From the IMG/VR virus record IMGVR_UViG_3300009034_002461: 64,000 bases of DNA. One strand, 5' to 3'. Each line of letters opens with the position of its first letter. The first letter of the stretch is position 1. The DNA comes from an uncultured virus (IMG/VR IMGVR_UViG_3300009034_002461) (taxonomy: Duplodnaviria; Heunggongvirae; Uroviricota; Caudoviricetes). A model generated the notes under the pieces. That model worked only from the letters and a program-made list of their open reading frames with translations. It ran no database searches and was not told the DNA's origin. The translations under genes and the position numbers were made by a program. Of the stretch, positions 18,458 through 28,419 are shown piece after piece.

Positions 18458-19462
18458 TTAATTAGACCAAATATCATTAAGTGTATTTAAGTCAGTCGGG
18501 TCAACTTGTGTCGATGTTTTCCTGCGCACAGATCCATCTTTAAAAAGAACATTGCATTTATGTCTGTGTCTCATAGCAGAATGCTCATCCCAATTACCAT
18601 CTGCATCATCACCAACAAAATTAGCAATGGCTTTTCTATAATCTAACGCCACAATAATTTCTTTAGATGTAGATAAGGATGCAATAGCTGTATTTACACC
18701 ATAACTAGTTGGAATAGTTGACAAATCCCATTCTGCTGGTGTTTTACCAACATCAGAAGCCAATATATTATTATCTTGCCCGAATAAATCAAATGTATAA
18801 CCAGCGACACCTTTTGTCGTAGTAATTTTCATTCCATTTTTATTTTCTGTAACATGAACAACCATATCTTCATAATCATAATCACCACCACTCGGTCTAA
18901 TGTCTTCAAACAAAAGATAATAAGAGTCGGGATTACTACCTGGAGTATATCTTGTCAAATCAGATCTAACGTCTCTTCTCTCTGAAAGCAATCCCTCATT
19001 TACTAATCTTTGATATTCTTCTTCATTAACTTTCCATGTTAAATCATTTTCTTTTGGAGTATCATAATCATATGTGCTATCCGAAAATACATCCATGTCA
19101 TATAAAAAATTTCCACCGCTATATACCCTAAACCTAACTGCGTCTAACCCCGCACGGGTTGGCTTATCATCTTTCGGGCACAAAAGAGCATCAGGATTAT
19201 TACCCAGGAAAGGAAACAATTCTATAGGCCAAGCCCATACACATACTTTGTAATTTGTTCTAATAGTGTTTATTTTCCCTGAATTACATGCATTCCACGC
19301 AAGCCCGATGTTATGCAAATTACTAGCGCATGTAGATGCATGTGCTAATTCTTTTGCTGCTCGTATAGACGGAGTTATTATTGAAACGAGAAGAATTATA
19401 ATACAAATCACAACCAGAAGCTCTACTAGAGTAAAACCTTTATTCATTTTAATAAATTCCAT
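18458..19462 (-). CDS. Prepilin-type N-terminal cleavage/methylation protein with H-X9-DG motif (Planctomycete DUF1559-like), with an inserted DUF4114-like motif
   Basis: KG|FTLVELLVVICIIILLVSII.PS..AAKE.A....CASNLHNIGLA; C-terminal RHRHKCNVLFKDGSV; internal LFEDI...GDYDYEDMVVHV. Confidence 0.9.
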   Translation of the reverse strand: MEFIKMNKGFTLVELLVVICIIILLVSIITPSIRAAKELAHASTCASNLHNIGLAWNACNSGKINTIRTNYKVCVWAWPIELFPFLGNNPDALLCPKDDKPTRAGLDAVRFRVYSGGNFLYDMDVFSDSTYDYDTPKENDLTWKVNEEEYQRLVNEGLLSERRDVRSDLTRYTPGSNPDSYYLLFEDIRPSGGDYDYEDMVVHVTENKNGMKITTTKGVAGYTFDLFGQDNNILASDVGKTPAEWDLSTIPTSYGVNTAIASLSTSKEIIVALDYRKAIANFVGDDADGNWDEHSAMRHRHKCNVLFKDGSVRRKTSTQVDPTDLNTLNDIWSN

Positions 19463-19508
19463 GTATTTAATTAGATAATGCCCTATTATTTAAATACTAT
19501 GAAGATAA

Positions 19509-20426
19509 TTATTTTTCCTTTTTATCTTCTGTAGCAGACCAGTTAATTTTCTTTCTAATTTTTAAGTTATATTTCCACGCTTCTTTCATTATGCTTAAAT
19601 CGCATTTCATATTGTCCGCATCATAGCATATTGCATTTACATCTTTTGCAAAACATTTGCCACCGAATGCTCTATCTCCATCAGGCCCAGGAACATGATA
19701 ATGACTATTTCCCATTCTTGAATCATAATGAAAAATAGTTGCGAAGTGTTCCCAATCTGTTTCCGATCCAGATGCTTTCAAAATATCATAAAATTGGTTC
19801 ATAAACGTTACTTTTAACGCGAGGAATGAATTTTCCATATACTTCATAACAGAAGCAGCTATTGCATCACAAAATCCCACTTTGCATGGTTTGCAAATAC
19901 TATATCCATCAAACAATCTTTGTACTGCTTTTGTATCATATTTATCTCCACCTAAAATCCTACATAATGGCTCAACAAATCCTTTAAATGGTTCATTTTC
20001 TGTTAAATATTCTGGGCTTACAACAAGATGCATAATTGGATATTTCAATATGTATTCTTTTATTTTACTCGGTATAACTGCACTTTCGATGATTACGACA
20101 GGTCCATAATAACCACGTATCTCAGATATTTTAGATTGTTTATATGCTTCATCAATTTCATCCATAACATTATCTATAATGTTAGAATCAAAAGGGCCAC
20201 CGTTAATATCTTTCATCGGTGTTGGGACACATACAAAAATAAAATCCGAATTCAAAACGACCTGTGCTATGGACGATAAAAATTTCGGATCTGGACCATC
20301 TGAATCCGGATAATATGTTTTATTGCTTGGATATGCAGGATCATAGATAAATATATTACATCCGTCTTTAAATCCATATTCCACAGCTTTACCAACTGTA
20401 CCATAGCCAATAATACCTATATCCAT
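19509..20426 (-). CDS. ugd: UDP-glucose/GDP-mannose dehydrogenase family, short form
   Basis: GYGTVG, FVCVPTP, SPEYL, KYMENSFLALKVTF.N, FGGKCFAKD. No C-terminal domain. Confidence 0.85.
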   Translation of the reverse strand: MDIGIIGYGTVGKAVEYGFKDGCNIFIYDPAYPSNKTYYPDSDGPDPKFLSSIAQVVLNSDFIFVCVPTPMKDINGGPFDSNIIDNVMDEIDEAYKQSKISEIRGYYGPVVIIESAVIPSKIKEYILKYPIMHLVVSPEYLTENEPFKGFVEPLCRILGGDKYDTKAVQRLFDGYSICKPCKVGFCDAIAASVMKYMENSFLALKVTFMNQFYDILKASGSETDWEHFATIFHYDSRMGNSHYHVPGPDGDRAFGGKCFAKDVNAICYDADNMKCDLSIMKEAWKYNLKIRKKINWSATEDKKEK

Positions 20427-20438
20427 TATTCACCTCCA

Positions 20439-21110
20439 TTATAGAATAGACTCAATCGGAAAACCCATCGATTTTCTTTGCTCAAATATATGCTTATCAT
20501 GGGAATATAAGTTTTCATTTCTCTCATATAAGGAATCGCCATGTCTACCACCCCAAGCATGTTTAACAAGAACTTTGTTAATATACTTTATCTTTTTCAT
20601 CTGTCTTATAACTTCTGTAAATTCATTATCGCACCATAAACTTTTGTAATCCGGATGGTATATGTATCCAAAATAATCATACATAGGTTTTCCCATAATA
20701 ACTAAAGTATTTATTCTTTCTCCGACTCTACCATCGTTATAATGCAAAGCCCCAAAAAAATCTGGGAAATTTTCTTTCATATTTTTCATAATGACATGAT
20801 CATAACCTGGTATTTGAGGAATCATATCATCAGAGGCAAGAAAAATGATTTTAAATTCTCCGGCGTGTTGCATATCATCGTTAATCGCTTCCATCTTAGT
20901 CTTATGTTCGCCGTAGAAATACTTTAAACCTTTTTTTTCATCCAATCTACTTCTTATTTGTGTAGAATTCATTTCCTGGTCGTCTAAATCCATACTGATA
21001 ATGAACTTAACTTTATGTTTTCCAGATAATAAATTATAATACGCATCTAAAGTATCAAAAAATTTCTTTTTTCTCTGTCTTGTTGGAAATTTAATTAATA
21101 TATCAGTCAT
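20439..21110 (-). CDS. GT-A fold glycosyltransferase
   Basis: LIKFPTR.R, LASDDMIP, YKSLWCDNE. Confidence 0.8.
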   Translation of the reverse strand: MTDILIKFPTRQRKKKFFDTLDAYYNLLSGKHKVKFIISMDLDDQEMNSTQIRSRLDEKKGLKYFYGEHKTKMEAINDDMQHAGEFKIIFLASDDMIPQIPGYDHVIMKNMKENFPDFFGALHYNDGRVGERINTLVIMGKPMYDYFGYIYHPDYKSLWCDNEFTEVIRQMKKIKYINKVLVKHAWGGRHGDSLYERNENLYSHDKHIFEQRKSMGFPIESIL

Positions 21111-21579
21111 TTATTTTTCCCTCTACTCCGATTTTTTTAAATAAACTATTTTTCATATAAATCAATAATGGCGTATATTCACTAAAATTATGTTTTTCCA
21201 TCCATCGAAGATTAAAAATTCTCTTTCCTTTCTTATTTTCATTAATTCGGAATGGTATATTCTCGATATCAAACAACAAACAACATGCAACCCTATGGGC
21301 TCCATTCCTCATAATATATCGGCTATCTAATACGATAGGATACTGTTCTTTATATCCATTTTTACTAAACGATTTAATTATTTTTATAAATTTCTTAGAT
21401 GAGTATTTTCTATTCCTCTCTTTAATCAATCTATCATATGGCTCAAAGGAAAAATCGTCTGGTTCTCCCCTATGGTAAAATTCTTCAATAAAAGCATATC
21501 TAATGACGATATCATATCTCGCGAATTGTTTATCTTTGAATTGTTTCAGCAATAATTTTCTAATGTTTATTTTTTTCAT
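21103..21579 (-). CDS. Stand-alone ParB/Sulfiredoxin-like protein, paralog 1
   Basis: RYDIVIRY...KFIKIIKSF.KNGY...YPI...NGAHRVAC. Confidence 0.7.
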   Translation of the reverse strand: MKKINIRKLLLKQFKDKQFARYDIVIRYAFIEEFYHRGEPDDFSFEPYDRLIKERNRKYSSKKFIKIIKSFSKNGYKEQYPIVLDSRYIMRNGAHRVACCLLFDIENIPFRINENKKGKRIFNLRWMEKHNFSEYTPLLIYMKNSLFKKIGVEGKIND

Positions 21580-22045
21580 CTATAACCACATTAAATTTTG
21601 AAAATATATTATTTTTAAAACGATCTAATTTTGGCATTACATCTTCAAATCCCTTTTTCAACAACCATTCCTTTGTGAAAAGTTGTTTTATCTTATTATT
21701 TTTCTTATTGAATTCGATAGGGACTTTTTTGATATTAAACCACAAACAGCATGCCAATCTATGACTTCCTCCGCACATACAAAAATTTCGTTTGACTATC
21801 AATGGGTATTTTTCCAGAAAACCATTCTTCTCGAATGATGAGATTAATTCTATAAATCGCCCTCTCTTCCCGCTTCTACCCCTTGCCTTAGCCAATCTAT
21901 TATAGAGCTTAAAATTAAAATTTTTAGGTTTATTCTTGCTATAAAATTTCTTTATAAATAGATATCTAACAACAACATCATATCTCATAAACAGACCATC
22001 TTTAAACTGTTTAGATAAAAGATCTCCTATGCCGATATATTCCAT
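21560..22045 (-). CDS. Stand-alone ParB/Srx-like protein, paralog 2
   Basis: RYDVVVRY...SFEKNGF..KYPL...GGSHRLAC. Confidence 0.7.
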   Translation of the reverse strand: MEYIGIGDLLSKQFKDGLFMRYDVVVRYLFIKKFYSKNKPKNFNFKLYNRLAKARGRSGKRGRFIELISSFEKNGFLEKYPLIVKRNFCMCGGSHRLACCLWFNIKKVPIEFNKKNNKIKQLFTKEWLLKKGFEDVMPKLDRFKNNIFSKFNVVIDEKNKH

Positions 22046-22082
22046 AAGATTTTTCCGAAGAGAAATTATTAAAGAAATAAAA

Positions 22083-22298
22083 TTATCCGGTACTCCCTAT
22101 AAATTCTACTTTACTTTCTGGAATATCTTCAAGTCTCTTATAAGATTTACTTCTCGCTCTATGAGTGTAACAATAATACCCTTGTTTATCTTTAGCAAAA
22201 CTACATTCTAGATCATCCCCGAACAGTTCTTTGACTCTATCTCTCTCTTTTGATGTGAGAGGAATTTCTGCGAGTTTAGATGTTTTATACCAATTCAT
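22083..22298 (-). CDS. Small protein with MNWYK N-terminus
   Basis: 71 aa, flanked by its own intergenic gaps, with AAGGAG upstream. Confidence 0.7.
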   Translation of the reverse strand: MNWYKTSKLAEIPLTSKERDRVKELFGDDLECSFAKDKQGYYCYTHRARSKSYKRLEDIPESKVEFIGSTG

Positions 22299-22337
22299 AT
22301 TTCATTATTATTAAATATTTTTTATACTCCTTCATCC

Positions 22338-23129
22338 TTATAATGACTTCTTGGCATATTTATATAATTGAATATCATAAGAATTCATATTATATATCAA
22401 GTTAATAATGTCTTTATCTTTTAGAGACGATCTTATTTTTTTATGTTTCTCAAAATTACCCACTCTCCATTTTTTATTTATATGCGGCTTTTTTATCTTA
22501 TAAAAATTACAGAATCTTATTAAATCGTTATTGTATCTTTCTTGGAATCCAATAAAATCATATCTATTTTTGAGATTTTGCTTTGCAACGAAAAGCATAT
22601 TTTCCATTTCTTCTTCTGTATATTTTTTCTTTCCTCCACATAAAGAAGGAACATAATAGCAACCAGTTATTTTAGCTTTATCGCTTAATATTAGATTTTC
22701 TGGTTTTTCTAACCCAGACAATTGCTTCGTCATAATATTACAAAGAATCTCTTTCTTATGGCATTTTTTAAGAAAATACACAAGATTTTTATTTCTGTTG
22801 ATACACTTTTTATAAAATAAGGCAATAATATCATCGTGACCGCTATCTAAAGAATATAAAAAGTGAGATATCCATCTGTCTATTGGATTTCTTAGAAATG
22901 TAAAGTAGGAATATTTTTTTGCATTAAAACATCTATGAATTCCAAATGGAAAATGACCGGATACGCATTTTGGTCTTTCCTTGATCTTTTTATTACCGAA
23001 TAAATAATCTTTAAATTCTTTTCCATTTTTTATAGAAAAACGCTTGTCTTCTTTTGACATTTTTTCTCTTAATATATTGCGTATAAGAGAAGTACCAGCA
23101 GTTTTTGGGATATGCGTAAAAATAATCAT
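22338..23129 (-). CDS. Sulfotransferase family 2 protein
   Basis: HIPKTAGTS, GHFPFG, TFLRNPIDRWIS. Confidence 0.85.
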   Translation of the reverse strand: MIIFTHIPKTAGTSLIRNILREKMSKEDKRFSIKNGKEFKDYLFGNKKIKERPKCVSGHFPFGIHRCFNAKKYSYFTFLRNPIDRWISHFLYSLDSGHDDIIALFYKKCINRNKNLVYFLKKCHKKEILCNIMTKQLSGLEKPENLILSDKAKITGCYYVPSLCGGKKKYTEEEMENMLFVAKQNLKNRYDFIGFQERYNNDLIRFCNFYKIKKPHINKKWRVGNFEKHKKIRSSLKDKDIINLIYNMNSYDIQLYKYAKKSL

Positions 23130-23132
23130 ATA

Positions 23133-24098
23133 TTATGTCCAGCATTCACCAGGAACAGGATTATCTGGATTAATTCCTCTCAACACATTTATACAATCTT
23201 TTGCTGCTCCTAATTCCATTAAATATCTACATTCATGGGCAGAAGACGATATGTGTGCCGTCAATATAGCATTATCAAACTTTTTTAAAGGCCCACTATA
23301 TGGCTCTTTATCAAATACGTCCAAAGCAACACCAGCTAAGTGTTTGTTCTCCAGAATCGATTCTAGGGCTTTCTCATCCAATATAGGGCCTCTTGATGTA
23401 TTTATCAGAAAAGATCCTTCTTTCATAATACTCATCTCTTTAATTCCGACACAATGAAAATTCTTCTCATTTAATGGTATATGAATCGTTACAAGATCAC
23501 ATTTTTCAAATAATTCTCTTTTATTTAACCAATGAATATTATATTTCTCACCAAAACTATAATCCGGCTCTATATCACAAGCATATATAATTGCATCAAA
23601 TCCTTTTAATCTTCTAATTACTCTTTTGCCTATTCGTCCAACTCCCAGAACCCCAATTTTTACTTCTTTGATAAGTCTTCCCATCGTGCGACTCCACAAT
23701 CCGGCATGTACTAATTTGTTAGAAGCAAAAATCCCCCTAAGCAAATTAATAATTTGAGCTATTGTTAAATCAGCGACACCATCTGATGGTGCTTCTGGTG
23801 TATATGTCACAGCAATGCATTTTTCTTTACAAGCAACAAAATCTATATTATCTAAACCAACTCCGACTCTCGATATCACTTTAAGATTTTTTGTTTTATC
23901 TAATTCTTCTTTGGTATATGGTTCTGTACCAGCAATAACACCATGAGCATCTTCGAGAAAATTTCCAACTTCACCGGCTTTCAATCTTCTTCCTAAAGAA
24001 TTATATTGCACTTCCAGATCAGAAGAATCCTCTAATAAATCTTTTGGCTCTCTTTCGCAAATACCAAAAGGATATGTCGCTACGAAAACTTTTTTCAT
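23133..24098 (-). CDS. D-2-hydroxyacid dehydrogenase (phosphoglycerate dehydrogenase family)
   Basis: ISRVGVGLDNID, GVGRIG, INTSRG, ALDVF..EP, LTAHI. Confidence 0.9.
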   Translation of the reverse strand: MKKVFVATYPFGICEREPKDLLEDSSDLEVQYNSLGRRLKAGEVGNFLEDAHGVIAGTEPYTKEELDKTKNLKVISRVGVGLDNIDFVACKEKCIAVTYTPEAPSDGVADLTIAQIINLLRGIFASNKLVHAGLWSRTMGRLIKEVKIGVLGVGRIGKRVIRRLKGFDAIIYACDIEPDYSFGEKYNIHWLNKRELFEKCDLVTIHIPLNEKNFHCVGIKEMSIMKEGSFLINTSRGPILDEKALESILENKHLAGVALDVFDKEPYSGPLKKFDNAILTAHISSSAHECRYLMELGAAKDCINVLRGINPDNPVPGECWT

Positions 24099-24898
24099 GG
24101 CATTCTATATCCATCTTTATTTATAACTACACCTTTATCATCAATACTATATCCTAACGATGAATATTCTCCTTTTATCATTTTTACTATTCGATCTCTG
24201 TCTTCCGGCGTATCTACACTAACACTATCATGTGATGTATATCGCATAGAAATTTCGATATCATTTTCTATGAGTCTTAAAAGACCAATGCCTTCCATTT
24301 TCTCTAAATAAGATGGTTTAAGACTATTATAAAGACGCAACTTTTCTCCAGAGAAGACATATACACCAATTTGTTTATGTACATATAATTTATCATATGA
24401 TCGTTTTGTTTTCTCGTCATGGTATGGTATTGTATAACGAGAAAAATATATTGCTCTTTGATTTTTTGATATTATGACTTTAACAGCATTAGAATCATAT
24501 AATTCATCATTGTCATGCACTTCCGTATAAAAATTAATAATTGATGGGGACAAATCAGTATTAAGAGTATCTACATTAAATAATGGCTCATCTCCTTGTA
24601 TTACTACATATCTATCAGCACCTTTATCACCTAATTCTAATACTTCTACCACTTCAGCAGCCCTATCAAGACAATCAACATGAGTATCCATCGTAATCAT
24701 ACACGGTATACCTAATTCGTAACATTCTTTTTCTATTTTTTTGTTATCAGTGGCTATATATACATTTTTCCAATTTGGCCATTTCATAACTGAATTATAA
24801 ACATGCCAAATCATGGGTTTTCCTAATATATCACACAAAGGTTTACCAGGAAATCTCGAAGATGCATATCTAGCTGGTATTATACCTATAAATTCCAT
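24095..24898 (-). CDS. kdsB: KdsB-type (CMP-ulosonate) cytidylyltransferase
   Basis: IIPARYASSRFPGKPL, QGDEP, YFSR..IP, SVDTPED. Confidence 0.85.
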   Translation of the reverse strand: MEFIGIIPARYASSRFPGKPLCDILGKPMIWHVYNSVMKWPNWKNVYIATDNKKIEKECYELGIPCMITMDTHVDCLDRAAEVVEVLELGDKGADRYVVIQGDEPLFNVDTLNTDLSPSIINFYTEVHDNDELYDSNAVKVIISKNQRAIYFSRYTIPYHDEKTKRSYDKLYVHKQIGVYVFSGEKLRLYNSLKPSYLEKMEGIGLLRLIENDIEISMRYTSHDSVSVDTPEDRDRIVKMIKGEYSSLGYSIDDKGVVINKDGYRMP

Positions 24899-24900
24899 AA

Positions 24901-25668
24901 TTATTTCTCCGTATTTGGAATAACCATAAATTTTAATGATTCTTTTGACCCTTCATTCAAAAACATAGCATCTGTTCCCAATGCAATCATCTTATAACCC
25001 TTATTAACTATATCAATAACATTATTATCATCTGGTTTAACTATATGTATCCCAGCGGGAATATTATAAACTTTAGATTGATACATATATTCATCTAAAG
25101 CATCACGAAAATTTTTATTATCAAAATCTCCAGCGCATCCCATAGAACCACTTAAATCATATGGACCTATAAACGTAGCATCTATATCAGAGACAGATAA
25201 TATTTCTTCTATATTATCAATAGCATCTATATGTTCTATTTGTAAAATAACTGATATATCGTTATTTGCTGCGTTAAAATAATTATTAAATTCTATTCCA
25301 TATTTATTGGCTCTACAATATCCAAATGATCTACGTCCTTCTGGAGAATATTTTGTTTCATCAATTGCTCTTATTGCATCATAGGAATTACAAACCATTG
25401 GTATAATAATACCCATTGCTCCTGCATCTAGAACTCGATGAATCCACACTGGTTCGTTAATAGGTATCCTGGCAATTGGCACGCGATTTGTTATAGACCT
25501 AAAAATATTAGTCATCATTTCCAAATCAATAATCCCATGTTCTAAGTCTACACATATCCAATCAAAAGGAAAATTTGAACTAGATAGAATTTCTGCTGAA
25601 ACAGGACTTGGTATCTGAATCCATGTACCATAAGAAACCTGGTTCTTTTTTAATTTCTCTTTTAACAT
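24901..25668 (-). CDS. HpcH/HpaI class II pyruvate aldolase
   Basis: VDLEHG, LDAGA.GIIIPM, QIEH, FIGPYDLS.SMG. Confidence 0.9.
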   Translation of the reverse strand: MLKEKLKKNQVSYGTWIQIPSPVSAEILSSSNFPFDWICVDLEHGIIDLEMMTNIFRSITNRVPIARIPINEPVWIHRVLDAGAMGIIIPMVCNSYDAIRAIDETKYSPEGRRSFGYCRANKYGIEFNNYFNAANNDISVILQIEHIDAIDNIEEILSVSDIDATFIGPYDLSGSMGCAGDFDNKNFRDALDEYMYQSKVYNIPAGIHIVKPDDNNVIDIVNKGYKMIALGTDAMFLNEGSKESLKFMVIPNTEK

Positions 25669-25670
25669 AT

Positions 25671-27389
25671 TTATTTATTCCACCCTTTCTTTAACCTGTT
25701 TCTCCAATCATATTTATCTCTATTAAAGACATTCAGTTCTGTTTTTTCCACTTCCCACCATATTTGTTTTTTCTCAACCATATTCTCATAAATCATATTA
25801 AATAATGGATTATTGATAATGTTGTTTTGGTATTTTCTTAATTTAAATGGTATTTGTCTCCTAAACCAAAAATCATATGCATATTGCTTTGCTGTTTCTA
25901 TTTGTTTATCGGTCATCTGTGGCACAGAATATATATTCATTAACAAATCTTTATATTTTTCGTATGTATCAGGATTATTAGTAAATCCCATATTACCATA
26001 AAAACCATAATCTCCGAGGATAACAGGTTTTCCATATAAAGCCATTTCTATGCCAACAGTACTTTGCATTGTGATACATCCATTTACAATCGGAAATAAC
26101 GAATAAGTATTTATATCACTTTTAGATGTTAATATCTTCATATAATCTGGAATCTCTCCGAATTCATTCAGAATAAGTTCCTTGCAATTTAACACCGTAT
26201 TTTTTTTATTTTCAGCAGGATGAGTTCTGATTATCCATATTACTTTATCATTTTCTTTAATTATTCTAAATGTTTCTATTAGCCATTCTATTGGATCTGC
26301 AAATATGGTTTTATTTTCCAAATGTGTGTCCCAATCCCAATTACAATGAGAATTAACCATCCAAATAGGATTATTATTTTTTATATCCAATATCTTTTTT
26401 ATTTCTTCAAAAGATGGGAATTTACTACCGAACGATTGACAACCACTACTGAGGACATTAATTCTATTAGTCATCAATATATCTAGTCGAAGATTTTCTT
26501 CATCGCTCAATGAAATATTTTTTATTTTATCCCAATGTTTTTTATGAGGGGAGTGAAATTGGGAAAAATCTTCCTTTATAGAAGTTCTCATATAAGCACT
26601 ATATGGATTATATGCATATGTCCAACATGTTACTGGTATATTTTTATTCATAGCAGCATACATTAATGGCCCCCACATCGGATATATTCCACGCAACATA
26701 AAAACATTATCTGGTTTCATATTTTCTATGACTTTAATAGCTACGAAACTACTAACAAGACTACTATAAAAATAATTTCTAACAATTTTTTCCAAATAGG
26801 GATTAATATCACATGTGCATAAGTTTCTACCAGTATATAAAGATCTAAAATATCTTAATATACCAGTAATAGCTATATCACCGATAGGTATATCACATGA
26901 ACTATATTCTTCTATATCTTCTATATCTATAGTATCAGCCAAAGATCTAAAATTGATCCTCTCTTCTAAAGAAATCCACTTTGACATTTTATGATTCCTT
27001 AATCCTGCGGCTTTTAATAATGTTTTTCCATTGTAAAAACAATATGGACATTTCTTATACCATTTATCCACATTTGATGGATCTCTCTTGTCAATAAAAA
27101 TTTCTCTTCTAATGCAACCGGACAACAACCCATCGCATAAGACAAATTCTACGTTTATGCCATTATTGACAAGAAATCTAGCAAAATTTATTTCATATTT
27201 TATAATTTTTTTAGATTCACCGACTCCCTTCCAAAATAAAACAGTGGATTTACATTTCTTTTTATAAAAAACTTGTTGATTTTTTTTCATATCTATAACA
27301 GAACTGCGCTTATTTGCTGCCTTTAAACAAGATTTTTTAAGTCTTTTAAATCTTTCTACTATTCGCCCAATGTTATTTTCTTTTATCAT
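25671..27389 (-). CDS. Capsule-synthesis (KpsC/KpsS-like) GT-B protein, probable CMP-sugar transferase
   Basis: IIRTHPAE, STVGIEMA.YGKPVI, N-terminal CDG...C..C..C. Confidence 0.7.
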   Translation of the reverse strand: MIKENNIGRIVERFKRLKKSCLKAANKRSSVIDMKKNQQVFYKKKCKSTVLFWKGVGESKKIIKYEINFARFLVNNGINVEFVLCDGLLSGCIRREIFIDKRDPSNVDKWYKKCPYCFYNGKTLLKAAGLRNHKMSKWISLEERINFRSLADTIDIEDIEEYSSCDIPIGDIAITGILRYFRSLYTGRNLCTCDINPYLEKIVRNYFYSSLVSSFVAIKVIENMKPDNVFMLRGIYPMWGPLMYAAMNKNIPVTCWTYAYNPYSAYMRTSIKEDFSQFHSPHKKHWDKIKNISLSDEENLRLDILMTNRINVLSSGCQSFGSKFPSFEEIKKILDIKNNNPIWMVNSHCNWDWDTHLENKTIFADPIEWLIETFRIIKENDKVIWIIRTHPAENKKNTVLNCKELILNEFGEIPDYMKILTSKSDINTYSLFPIVNGCITMQSTVGIEMALYGKPVILGDYGFYGNMGFTNNPDTYEKYKDLLMNIYSVPQMTDKQIETAKQYAYDFWFRRQIPFKLRKYQNNIINNPLFNMIYENMVEKKQIWWEVEKTELNVFNRDKYDWRNRLKKGWNK

Positions 27390-27390
27390 A

Positions 27391-28419
27391 TTAATCTATC
27401 AAATTAAAAGATAAAGGCGTCCCTCTCTTAATATCGCACTTTGCCTTCTTGCCGAGTATAATATCCATATGCTTAGGTTTTAATCCATAAGAAGGTCTGA
27501 TAGACCTTATATTCTCTCTAGTAAAAACTTCACCTTTTTCAATATTAGATACTACAAATAAAGAACGACCAAACATCACATTGTTTTTTTCCTCGCTCGT
27601 AATGCCATAACTCACTTTTCCCAATGCTTTTTCTGCTATTCTTATATTGGATACTAAAGAGCGCATTTCAATAGGATTTATAGAAAAAAAGCTATCTGGA
27701 GTAGCGAAACTTCTAGATAACGTAAAATGTTTTTCTATAACTTTAGCTCCAACTGCTACAGCGGCGATAGAAGCACCTATATCCAGTGTATGATCCGAAA
27801 GACCAACGCAACAATTGAATATATGTTCCATGTGTTTAATTGTTCTTAAATTCATTTCTTCTGGTTTGGCTGGATAGCTTGAAACACATTTAAATAAAAT
27901 TACTTCCCCCACATGATTTTTTCTCGCTGTATCTACTGCAGATGAGATATCATAAATATCAGACATGCCAGTTGATATAAATAATGGCTTTCTGGCAGAA
28001 GCAGCATAGGCTATTAAATCTAAATCAACTAATTCAAATGATGATATTTTATGTGCAGAAACCCCAATATCTTCGAGACGATCAACACTTGTTTTATCAA
28101 ACGCGGTGCACAGAAAAAATAATCCAGAGTCTTCCGTCTCTTTTTTTAAGTCTTTTAACCATTCCCATGGTGTATATGCTTCGCCATATAGTTGGTATAA
28201 TGTTTTACCGCCCCATTTTTCATGTTTTATTTGAAAAAAAACATTATCGCAATCTATCGTTAATGTATCTGGTGTGTATGCTTGAAATTTAACAGCATCA
28301 ACACCACATTCTTTTGCCTCAGTAATCATCCGTCTTGCTATATCTAATCTTTGTCCGTGATTAGCAGATATTTCAGCTATGATAAAGACATTTTCCCTAT
28401 TCTTAAAATTATTATCCAT
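27391..28419 (-). CDS. pseI: Pseudaminic acid synthase (NeuB family with SAF domain)
   Basis: IAEISANH, KFQAYTPDT, TPWEW, GLSDHT, IEKHFTL, IRP.YGL.P. Confidence 0.92.
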   Translation of the reverse strand: MDNNFKNRENVFIIAEISANHGQRLDIARRMITEAKECGVDAVKFQAYTPDTLTIDCDNVFFQIKHEKWGGKTLYQLYGEAYTPWEWLKDLKKETEDSGLFFLCTAFDKTSVDRLEDIGVSAHKISSFELVDLDLIAYAASARKPLFISTGMSDIYDISSAVDTARKNHVGEVILFKCVSSYPAKPEEMNLRTIKHMEHIFNCCVGLSDHTLDIGASIAAVAVGAKVIEKHFTLSRSFATPDSFFSINPIEMRSLVSNIRIAEKALGKVSYGITSEEKNNVMFGRSLFVVSNIEKGEVFTRENIRSIRPSYGLKPKHMDIILGKKAKCDIKRGTPLSFNLID

